Shown piece by piece: positions 1 through 7,442 of a DNA stretch of 38,426 nt. The stretch spans positions 1 to 38,426 of the forward strand of contig JADGQP010000056.1 in NCBI GenBank assembly GCA_017881705.1, read 5' to 3'. Each line of letters opens with the position of its first letter. Position 1 is the stretch's first letter. The translations under genes were made by a program, and so were the position numbers. This stretch comes from Christensenellaceae bacterium. GTDB taxonomy: Bacteria; Bacillota; Clostridia; Christensenellales; Aristaeellaceae. The notes below the pieces were generated by a model that saw only the letters and a program-made list of their open reading frames with translations, made no database searches and was not told where the DNA came from.

Positions 1-10
1 CCGCCCTCCT

Positions 11-1510
11 TCACAGCATTTTAACAATGATGTCTTCTTCGGTCAGGTCCTTACTGCGGGCAAACTCCGCGTTGATGGCGCCGTCCTTCATAATCAGGAG
101 GCGGTCGCACATGCCCAGCAGTTCCTGAATCTCCTCAGAAATCATGATGATGGATTTGCCGGCGGCTCGCAGTTCGGTCATCAGAGCGTAGATATCGGCT
201 TTCACCTTCACGTCGATACCGCGCGTGGGGCTGTCCAGCACGAGGATATCGGAGGCTTTACCCAGCCAGCGAGCCAGCACAACCTTTTGTTTGTTGCCAC
301 CGGAGAGAGCGGATACGAATTGATCAATACTCGTCATTTTCACACTCATCTGCTCGGCATGCGCGTTGGCAAAGCGGGCAAGCGTTCTGCGTTTCAACAG
401 CTTGTTTTCCGCAAGGTCATCAACCGAGGGAAGCACAATGTTTTCGCAGATGGTATCGTTGAGGATCAGAGATTCGTTATCCCGATCCTTGGACGCATAG
501 GCGATGGAATGCTTAATCGCGTCCGGGATGCTGTTGATGGGGGTACCGTTCGCCAGCCTTACGCTGCCCGTACGGTCGTATGAGGCACCAAATATCGCCT
601 TGCCGACCTCGTGCATCCCGCACTCGCTCAGGCCGCCGAAGCCGAGAATCTCGCCCCTGTTAAGTTGAAAAGAAATGTTGTGTATCTGTTTGGGCACCGA
701 CACGTCCTTAACCGACAACACCGCCTCCCCTTGGGCGGCAGGCTTGTTGTAATCGGTGCGGTAATACCGGCTGCCCAGTTCTCGGCCAACCATAAGACGT
801 TTCAGCTCGTCCTCGGTGGTGTTGGCGCTGCTAATTGTGTCGATCAGCTCGCCGTCGCGCAGGATGGAGATCGTGTCCGTGTGTTGGAGTACCTCCGAAA
901 GATCGTGGGAGATAAAAATCACAGTGCGCCCATCCGCCTTGGTGGTCCTCATGATCTTGTAAAGCTCCTCGCGACCGTGCTGGCTCAACGCTGTGGTCGT
1001 TTCGTCGATCACGACCACTTTGGGCTTGAAATAGGTGGCCTTGACGATCTCAATCAGCTTGCGATCCTCGAAATGGAAATTGTCGATCATCAGGGCCGCC
1101 TTAATATGCTTGAAGCCATAGGCATCCAGCAACGCCTGCGCCTCACGGTTCATGGCGGCGGTGTTTTTTATGCCGAACCGAATAAACTTATCTTCATTGC
1201 CCAGAAAAATATTTTCAGCCACGGTCAAGCCCGACAGCGTGCCCATTTCCTGCACGATAATAGAAACGCTCGCACGGTTGGCTTCCACCTGGTTGTGAAC
1301 CCTCAGCACATTTCCATCCAGGATAAACTCGCCGCTATCAGCAGCGTGGATTCCGCAAAGCATGGAGCACAGCGTAGACTTGCCGGAGCCGTTTTCCCCG
1401 ATCAGTCCGCGGATCTCCCCCCGATTTACCTGCAGGGTAACATGATTGATCGCGTGGGTGATGCCGAAGTGCTTATCCACGTTTTCTATGGTTAAAATGT
1501 AGTCTGCCAT
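11..1510 (-). CDS. Sugar ABC transporter ATP-binding protein with fused tandem NBDs (CUT2, RbsA/MglA-like)
   Basis: Track ORF 11..1534. I moved the start to ATG 1510 (MADYIL...), 7 nt after a GAGGAGG RBS. NBD1 has Walker A GENGSGKST and Walker B VVVIDETT. NBD2 has signature LSGGNKQKV. The protein is collinear with RbsA as I recall it. AGGAGG on the minus strand at 1..10, directly after the stop, suggests another gene beyond the left edge. Confidence 0.9.
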   Translation of the reverse strand: MADYILTIENVDKHFGITHAINHVTLQVNRGEIRGLIGENGSGKSTLCSMLCGIHAADSGEFILDGNVLRVHNQVEANRASVSIIVQEMGTLSGLTVAENIFLGNEDKFIRFGIKNTAAMNREAQALLDAYGFKHIKAALMIDNFHFEDRKLIEIVKATYFKPKVVVIDETTTALSQHGREELYKIMRTTKADGRTVIFISHDLSEVLQHTDTISILRDGELIDTISSANTTEDELKRLMVGRELGSRYYRTDYNKPAAQGEAVLSVKDVSVPKQIHNISFQLNRGEILGFGGLSECGMHEVGKAIFGASYDRTGSVRLANGTPINSIPDAIKHSIAYASKDRDNESLILNDTICENIVLPSVDDLAENKLLKRRTLARFANAHAEQMSVKMTSIDQFVSALSGGNKQKVVLARWLGKASDILVLDSPTRGIDVKVKADIYALMTELRAAGKSIIMISEEIQELLGMCDRLLIMKDGAINAEFARSKDLTEEDIIVKML

Positions 1511-1523
1511 CGTCACCCCTCCT

Positions 1524-2492
1524 CTACTTGGCAATCTCGCCCTTTTGCGGCCTTGCGGTCAGCGCAACGATCGCCAACAGCGCGGCGCCGGTAACGATGT
1601 TTTGCACGGTGGTGGGCGCGCCCAGCGCCACAAAGCCGTTGAAAATGATAGCGATGATGAACTCGCCGATGATGATGGCCGGTACTGCCGTACCGTATTT
1701 GCGGAACGTTACGCCAAAGAACGTGCCCATCAGCGGCGTAAAGTTACGGGACATAGACGTCATTCCTGTGGTGGCCGTCATGGAAGTGCCATAACTAACC
1801 GTCAGAATCGCCATAATGCCCACAAACATGTGAAGCAGCACGAAACCTACCAATTTGGACTTGTTAACGTCTATGCCCATGTTTTTAGCCGTATATTCGT
1901 TGCTGCCAATGGCGTAACAGTAGGTACCGATACGCGTGTACTTCAGCAGGAAGTTCATTAAAATGAACGCGGCGAATGCCAGCAGAATATTGCCGGGCGC
2001 GCTGCCGAAAGCCTGCAAAGAAGGATCCAGCATCTGTTTCACGCCACCGGCAACATAATGGGCAACCGATTCGTAGATCAGCATCAGCCCCACCGTAACA
2101 ATCATGGACGGAATGGCGAGCTTGATATAAAGAAAGCCGTTGATAAAACCGATGAGCGTACCGCAGAGGATACAGCCTACCAGCAGCCCGGCATAGCCGA
2201 ATTGTTTGGAAAGCACAACTCCTACAATGGAGGAGAGCACAATGTTTGCGCCGATTGAAAAGTCGAACAGTCCCATGACCACGATAAAGTAAAATCCACA
2301 CGCGCCTACGGAGTAGATAATCGAGGACTGGAGATAAAAATACAGGTTATTCCAACTGCCAAAATTCTCCGGTGTCAGAATTTTAAATACCGCAAAGAAA
2401 AAGGCTGCCATCAGGCTCAGCAGCAGCAGCCCATAAAACCGTCCGAAGATCTTGTTTGTCTTGAGCTTTTGAAAACGAGCGTTCAGTCCCAT
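1524..2492 (-). CDS. Sugar ABC transporter permease (RbsC-like, multi-pass membrane protein)
   Basis: 322-aa very hydrophobic ORF. ATG 2492 is preceded by a GAAGGA RBS. The stop lies 13 nt upstream of the ATPase start. Position between a type-I binding-protein gene and a tandem-NBD ATPase is typical of CUT2 importers. Confidence 0.85.
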   Translation of the reverse strand: MGLNARFQKLKTNKIFGRFYGLLLLSLMAAFFFAVFKILTPENFGSWNNLYFYLQSSIIYSVGACGFYFIVVMGLFDFSIGANIVLSSIVGVVLSKQFGYAGLLVGCILCGTLIGFINGFLYIKLAIPSMIVTVGLMLIYESVAHYVAGGVKQMLDPSLQAFGSAPGNILLAFAAFILMNFLLKYTRIGTYCYAIGSNEYTAKNMGIDVNKSKLVGFVLLHMFVGIMAILTVSYGTSMTATTGMTSMSRNFTPLMGTFFGVTFRKYGTAVPAIIIGEFIIAIIFNGFVALGAPTTVQNIVTGAALLAIVALTARPQKGEIAK

Positions 2493-2750
2493 ACGTATCC
2501 TTCAATCCTTCCTTCGTTCCTTACGGAGCGGGAATGGCGTCTTGCTCACGGGATTGTTTCGGCGCTTTATGGGCAAATCGGTTATGAATATAATCGTTTA
2601 AACGGAGCCGGGCGCTTTATTTCGCGGTATACGCTCCACCGTTTCCAGCGCATGCGGCCCGCAGGATAATATTGAAAATATTCGCGTCGGGGGCTACGGT
2701 TTCCTTCCCTAGAAGTGGAAAAGCGGCGATCCGGTTGTTTCTTTGTAAAG

Positions 2751-2782
2751 CATGGGGCTGTTCCCGGGGGAACAGCCCCATG
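2751..2782 (-). terminator. Perfect GC-rich hairpin downstream of the SBP gene (intra-operon attenuator/stabiliser or partial terminator)
   Basis: catggggctgttccc (2751-2765) is the exact reverse complement of gggaacagccccatg (2768-2782). It lies 29 nt after the SBP stop (2811). On the minus strand it is followed by CTTTAC, which is only a weak U-tract. Confidence 0.55.
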
Positions 2783-2810
2783 CGCATTGTATAACCGATC
2801 CAACCGGAAC

Positions 2811-3932
2811 TTACTTGGCGTGACGCGCCACAACATCCGAGACGGACAGGTTGGCGCAAGCCTCTTTCAACTGATCAAAGGTATCGTTCGCCATGGCTTT
2901 AATCTCATCCGGGTAATAGGGCAGTTCGGTGCCGGTGAAGTACTTGGCATACGCCGTGTAGTCGGCGGAAGAAGCCACGTACATGTACGGGAATACGATC
3001 TCGTAGAAGCCGTCCGTGGAGGTCGGGTAATTGCCCTTGATGGCATTATAGACCAGCAGGAAGGCGAAGTACGGGTCGGCATAATGTCCGCCGGACTCAA
3101 CGCTCATCGCTCCGGAAGCAAGCTTCGCGTCCAGATCGGGCAGGAAGTCCGTTGAAGCCACCTGAATCTTGCCGGTGAGGCCGAGGCCGTCGATAGCCGC
3201 AACCGCGCCTACCAGCGTATCTCCGCCGCCGCCAGCCACGATCAGGGCGTCGATGTCCGGGTTGGCCGCAATGATGGCTTCAGCCGTCTGACGGCCGGTA
3301 TCGGATGTGGTGCCACCGTACTGGGGATCCAGCAATACAGCTTTATCGTTGGGGTTAGCCGCGTTCCAGGCCTCGATGCCGGCCTTGTAGCCTTCCCAGC
3401 GGCCCAGGAACGTTGCGTCGCCAGCCTCCCAGCCTTCCAGAGCGATCTTGCGCGCGCCCTTCTGGCAAAGGATGGTGACGAGTTTGTTGCCATTATCCGG
3501 CTCGGATTCATGGACACAACCTACGTAGTAGGGAGAGCTCTTCGCCAGCGCATACTCAGTGGGGTTGTCTTTAGGGTTGATGGTGCGGAAGAACTGCGCC
3601 ACATACATTTGATTTTCTGTGCAGGTGTTGATAACGGAAGACATCTCGGCAGAAGAAGAGTTGCAGATGATCATACCTTGGCAGCCAGCCATGGCCAGCG
3701 TTTCCGCGGAAGCGGTGACCTGCTCGGAAATATGGGCCTGATCGACGTAAATCAGCTTGACACCCAGTGTATCGGCGGCGGAATCCAGGATGCGCTTGCA
3801 TTCGCTGCCCAGCGTATCGGTGGAACTCCAGATGGATACGCCGATGGTGATCTGATCCTCAGCCTGCGCGCTGAACACAAACAGGCCGAAAACCATTGTA
3901 AGAGCTAAAACCACGGACAGAAGTTTCTTCAT
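2811..3932 (-). CDS. Sugar ABC transporter substrate-binding protein (type-I periplasmic binding protein / LacI-like fold)
   Basis: 373 aa. N-terminal signal peptide MKKLLSVVLALTMVFGLFVFSAQA. GGGAGGA RBS lies 9 nt before ATG 3932. It is the first gene of the SBP-permease-ATPase operon. The signal peptide has no lipobox Cys. Confidence 0.85.
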   Translation of the reverse strand: MKKLLSVVLALTMVFGLFVFSAQAEDQITIGVSIWSSTDTLGSECKRILDSAADTLGVKLIYVDQAHISEQVTASAETLAMAGCQGMIICNSSSAEMSSVINTCTENQMYVAQFFRTINPKDNPTEYALAKSSPYYVGCVHESEPDNGNKLVTILCQKGARKIALEGWEAGDATFLGRWEGYKAGIEAWNAANPNDKAVLLDPQYGGTTSDTGRQTAEAIIAANPDIDALIVAGGGGDTLVGAVAAIDGLGLTGKIQVASTDFLPDLDAKLASGAMSVESGGHYADPYFAFLLVYNAIKGNYPTSTDGFYEIVFPYMYVASSADYTAYAKYFTGTELPYYPDEIKAMANDTFDQLKEACANLSVSDVVARHAK

Positions 3933-3974
3933 TGTGCGATTTCCTCCCTTTATTCAATTTTCCAGGTTTTTTAA

Positions 3975-4003
3975 ATTATATTGTTTTTAGGTAATAATGT
4001 CAA
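3975..4003 (-). promoter_or_regulatory. Consensus sigma-A promoter of the sugar ABC operon
   Basis: On the minus strand, TTGACA (4003..3998), a 17-nt spacer, then TATAAT (3980..3975). Both hexamers match consensus exactly. Predicted TSS is about 35 nt upstream of ATG 3932. Confidence 0.7.
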
Positions 4004-4840
4004 TACTGATCGCCTATTTTTTGTAAATTTTGTACGTACATCCAGGAAGCTCAAACGGAATGAATAAACTGGCGCTTCAAACCTCTGTATCGTCCTCCCT
4101 GGCGCCGCCGGTCTGCGCACAGGGTAAGCGTGCCTCAGCCGGAACCTTTCACTTAGGTAGAAATGCCATAGAAACGTGCGCTGCAAAGACTTAATGGAAA
4201 GCATAGACGCTTCCGATAGGGGCATGAGCGTTGCGCTTGAAAGGTACCCTCATATCCGTACATCTTGATCATCAGCCCTTAAATACGGCTACGTTAAGTC
4301 AATCGAACGACAAGTCCCTACATTTGCCGGCCATACGTTTTAAAACAGGGTAAAAGCCTCGGCGTTATGAGTAAAACCACGATATATCTATGGCGCAATT
4401 CACGGATACATAGAATTTCCGAGATAGAATAGAGCCGCAAAGAGATTATCAAAGAGCATCGATATAGCGCCGCCATTCCATAGGCTCATCCAAATAATCA
4501 GCCTATCCTATTCTGTTGTCCGAGGGACCGTTTTCGTTGGTTGAATCATCAGAAACGTTCTGGAAAATCCGACAGGATGGAAAAGGGACGGTAACCTTCT
4601 CGCCCGATCGCTTATAAACCGGTTGAACCGTCCGCAAAAAGGACACGTATGCTCGAGAGCAAGCTGGATGGCGCGGCGCAACGCATACATGCCTACCGGC
4701 GACACAACGATAAAACATGAGGGCCCGGGGTACAAATCTGTGTTTTTATCAGCCCATAATCCCTTGCATAGAAAACACAGCTTCACGTCGAAATATACCT
4801 TATGCCGGTTTCCCGAACGACCCATAAGGAGGAAACGAAC

Positions 4841-5029
4841 ATGAGAGCGGCCATCGACCGGGATAACTGCATCGGCTGCGAACTGTGCATAGGTACCTGT
4901 CCCGCCGTTTTCCGTATGGCGGAGGATGGGCACGCCGAAGTGTATGCCGACCCCGTGCCCAAAGCCGACGAGGCGGCCGCCGCAGAAGCCGCCCAGAACT
5001 GCCCGGTTTCTGTAATCACCGTAGAATAG
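4841..5029 (+). CDS. Small single-cluster [4Fe-4S]/[3Fe-4S] ferredoxin
   Basis: Track ORF 4802..5029. I moved the start to ATG 4841 (MRAAIDRDNC...), 7 nt after AAGGAGGAA. Cluster motif CIGCELCIGTCP plus a distal CP (QNCPVSVI). 62 aa. Confidence 0.85.
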   Translation: MRAAIDRDNCIGCELCIGTCPAVFRMAEDGHAEVYADPVPKADEAAAAEAAQNCPVSVITVE

Positions 5030-5098
5030 CCGGAAACTGCCGCACGGCTCACGTTAAAACGCGAGCCGTGCGGCAACAAACGGGAAGGGGGAACCGCC

Positions 5099-5611
5099 GT
5101 GAACCTTGTTGCACAGGTTGAGCGGGCCATGATCGGTTATTACACAGGCGACGTTCGCCGGATCAACCACTTTTTAAAGGTGTATGGTTTCGCCAAAGCC
5201 ATCGGCGAACTGGAAGGTCTGCCCGAAAACGAGCGGCTTGTGCTGGAAATCGCCGCGCTTACTCACGACATCGGCATACGCAGCAGCGAGCTGAAATACC
5301 ATAGTTCCTCTGGCGAGCACCAGCAGGTAGAAGGCCCGCCGGAAGCTGAAAAACTGCTTTCGGCGCTTCACGTGGCTCCCGCCGTGATCTCGCGCGTCTG
5401 CTGGCTGATCGCCCATCACCACACCTACGGCGTAATCCAGCAGGCCGATTACCAGATTCTCGTGGAAGCGGATTTTCTGGTGAATATACACGAGGACGGG
5501 CTTTCCCGACCCGCGATTGAGAAAATCGAAAGTGATATATTCAGAACCGATACCGGTATAACGTTCCTGCGCGCGTTATATCTTCCCAACGAGAAAGGGA
5601 AAGCGGAATAA
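5099..5611 (+). CDS. HD-domain metal-dependent phosphohydrolase
   Basis: 170 aa with H..HD (LTHDIG) and a later AHHH..D. GTG 5099 follows a GGGAAGGGGGAA stretch. An alternative ATG at 5129 is possible. Specific function unknown. Confidence 0.7.
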   Translation: MNLVAQVERAMIGYYTGDVRRINHFLKVYGFAKAIGELEGLPENERLVLEIAALTHDIGIRSSELKYHSSSGEHQQVEGPPEAEKLLSALHVAPAVISRVCWLIAHHHTYGVIQQADYQILVEADFLVNIHEDGLSRPAIEKIESDIFRTDTGITFLRALYLPNEKGKAE

Positions 5612-5630
5612 TCCGCTTTCCCTTTGCATT
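5597..5630. terminator. Bidirectional intrinsic terminator between the convergent HD and dUTPase-like genes
   Basis: gggaaagcgga (5597-5607), loop ataa, tccgctttccc (5612-5622), giving an 11-bp stem. It is followed by TTTGCATTTT on plus and by TTTCTC on minus. The stem overlaps the last HD codons. Confidence 0.75.
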
Positions 5631-5656
5631 TTGCATCGCATAAACGGCAACGTTGG

Positions 5657-6031
5657 TTATTGCTTGCCATCTTGCGCGACTTCATACCCCTTTTTTTCGC
5701 TCAACCCATCCTGCCGAAGAAAGTTTTCCTTATTTTTACCCAGATAAACGTTAAAAAGATCGTCCGCGTTCATGGCCGCTTCCAGGCACATCCCCACCAG
5801 AAAGTGCAGCAGGTCGCACAGTTCCTCGCGGATATGCTCGTCGTTCAATTCGTGCGGGTTTTTCCACCACTTAAAATTGACTTCTTCCAGCAGTTCCGCA
5901 AGCTCGCTGACCATGGCGAGCGTTTGCATTTGCAGCCATTTTTCCATGGGAATGCCTTCCAGGCTGCGTTCCCGCTTGATCTTCTGCTGAAAGCCCTCCT
6001 GCAGGCGAAAAATCTCTTCCAATTTATCCAA
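5657..6031 (-). CDS. All-alpha NTP pyrophosphohydrolase, dimeric dUTPase-like (MazG/dUTPase_2 superfamily)
   Basis: 124 aa. TTG start at 6031, 8 nt after GGAGG. It overlaps the M16 stop by 8 nt. Motifs ELAELLEE..FKWWK and EELCDLLHFLVG resemble the dimeric dUTPase family. The assignment is from memory of the family pattern. Confidence 0.55.
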   Translation of the reverse strand: MDKLEEIFRLQEGFQQKIKRERSLEGIPMEKWLQMQTLAMVSELAELLEEVNFKWWKNPHELNDEHIREELCDLLHFLVGMCLEAAMNADDLFNVYLGKNKENFLRQDGLSEKKGYEVAQDGKQ

Positions 6032-7286
6032 GGCGCTCGCCTCCGATCTTCTCCAGGTACTTCTTCGCGTTTTTACCCACCACCGCAGCGCTGGGGCTGG
6101 CGCTCAGCACGGCATTGGCAACACGCGATACGTCGTCCATGCTCACAATTTCAATTTTGTGCAGCGTTTCTTCCGGTGATATCAGACGATCGAGCAGCAA
6201 CATCCCCCGCCCAAGCGATTGCATCCTGCCGCTGGAGCTTTCCAACCCCAACACATAGCCGCCTTTGAGCTGCGCCTTGGCGCTTAAAAATTCCTTTTGG
6301 GTAAAGCCACCAAGCAATGCCTTGCGCAGTTCACTTTCCATTTCCGCGATCACCGTTTCGCCGTTTTCCGGCGATGTGCCCGCGCAGACCGCAAAAGTGC
6401 CGAAACCCGGGTAGCTGGTGGGGAACGTATACACGGAATACGCCATGCCCAGCTCCTCGCGGATGCGCTGGAACAGGCGGCTGCTCATGCCTCCACCGAT
6501 GATGTTGTTAAATAGCGACAGGGCGTATACATCGTCCGAGCCCAAGGCAACGCCCGGGTAACCCAGTTCGATCTGCAGCTGCTCGGTTTTCTTCTCCCGC
6601 GCCAGGCGGCCGTCGAGCAGGCGCTCTTCCTCCCCCACAATCTCCTCGCCCGACCCATCGTTGGGGAAGCGGTCGAAATAGCGGGCGATTAACGTTAAAA
6701 ACGAGTCCCATTCGTAATGGCCTGTGATGGCGACCACCATATTTTTCGGGTGGTAATGCCTGCGCCAATAACGCAGCAGGTCGCTTTGCTGATAGGCGCG
6801 GATTTTCTTGGCGGGGCCCAGGATCGGCCGCTTAAGCGAGCCCGCGAACTGTGCCTCGCACAGCACGTCGTTCACCAGATCCTCCGGCGTATCTTCCACC
6901 ATAGCAATCTCTTCCAGCACCACGCCGCGTTCCTTCTCCAGCTCTTTTTCGTCAAAGCGCGGACGGAGCGCGATGTCGCTTAGCAGATCCACCGCCAGTT
7001 CCAGATTCTCATCGATCACGCGCGCGTAGAAGCACGTGCAGTCCTTGCCCGTAAAGGCGTTCAGCTGCCCGCCCACGTCATCCATTTCCTCGGCGATGTC
7101 GCGTGCAGTGCGTTTGTCTGTGCCCTTGAACACCATATGTTCGATAAAGTGTGACAGCCCGTTTTCCTTGGGCCGCTCGTTCATCGAGCCGACTTTGACC
7201 CAGCAGCCAACGGTACAACTGCGCACATGGTCCAATTTTTCGCCTACGACCCGTAAGCCGTTGGGAAGCGTAATCTGGTCGAACAT
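6024..7286 (-). CDS. M16 (insulinase/pitrilysin) family zinc peptidase, MlpA/YmxG-like
   Basis: 420 aa with the inverted zinc motif HFIEH (HxxEH) near the N-terminus. AGGAGAG RBS. Its position downstream of pnp matches the Bacillus pnpA-...-mlpA order. Confidence 0.85.
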   Translation of the reverse strand: MFDQITLPNGLRVVGEKLDHVRSCTVGCWVKVGSMNERPKENGLSHFIEHMVFKGTDKRTARDIAEEMDDVGGQLNAFTGKDCTCFYARVIDENLELAVDLLSDIALRPRFDEKELEKERGVVLEEIAMVEDTPEDLVNDVLCEAQFAGSLKRPILGPAKKIRAYQQSDLLRYWRRHYHPKNMVVAITGHYEWDSFLTLIARYFDRFPNDGSGEEIVGEEERLLDGRLAREKKTEQLQIELGYPGVALGSDDVYALSLFNNIIGGGMSSRLFQRIREELGMAYSVYTFPTSYPGFGTFAVCAGTSPENGETVIAEMESELRKALLGGFTQKEFLSAKAQLKGGYVLGLESSSGRMQSLGRGMLLLDRLISPEETLHKIEIVSMDDVSRVANAVLSASPSAAVVGKNAKKYLEKIGGERLG

Positions 7287-7339
7287 CTTGGTTGCTCTCC
7301 TATGCCGGCGGCTATGGCCGTCGGTGTATTTACGAAAGT

Positions 7340-7376
7340 AAAAAGCTGCCGCAGCGCGGTTTGCGCTTGCGGCAGC
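7340..7376 (-). terminator. Intrinsic terminator after pnp
   Basis: Minus strand GCTGCCGCA-A-GCGC, loop AAACC, GCGC-TGCGGCAGC (13 bp, with the A at 7367 bulged in the 5' arm), followed by TTTTTAC. It lies 67 nt after the pnp stop. Confidence 0.8.
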
Positions 7377-7442
7377 CGGTCGCGCGCCGGTTACGGTATC
7401 CTCGGCCTATCGCGGCGTCGGGTTCCCGTTAGGTTGCGCGGT

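Noticed and set aside
611-1495. 294-aa plus-strand ORF antisense to the ABC ATPase. Analogous cases are 17315..18211 (vs nusA), 12148..12912 (vs nrnA), 20653..21474 (vs GH39), 32484..33128 (vs GH67) and 5624..6268.
   Set aside because: All lie opposite genes with strong family motifs, lack an RBS and have a skewed Arg/His/Gly composition. They are shadow ORFs.
2470-2485. cre-like sequence TGAAAACGAGCGTTCA
   Set aside because: It is 16 nt rather than the 14-nt TGWAANCGNTNWCA pattern and fails the 3' half when aligned. It also lies inside the permease coding region.
4113-4190. Fragments reminiscent of the c-di-GMP-I (GEMM-I) riboswitch core (GCGCACAGGGUAAGC ... CGCUGCAAAGAC)
   Set aside because: The most conserved positions differ (GGGUAAG versus GGCAAAC-type). 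The spacing between the two blocks is about 60 nt rather than about 25 nt. I could not build the P2/P3 tetraloop-receptor pair. The nearest plus-strand gene is more than 600 nt away. Only a covariance-model scan could revive this.
4004-4840. Checked the long spacer for RNase P (GAGGAAAGTCC), tmRNA (tag ORF ending ..LAA, tRNA-like 3' end), SRP RNA (GGAAGCAGCC-type loop), tRNA T-loops (GGTTCGAATCC), the B. subtilis-type dif site and DnaA boxes
   Set aside because: None of these signatures is present on either strand by eye, so I do not assign any known RNA or site. The region stays in the findings as unexplained.
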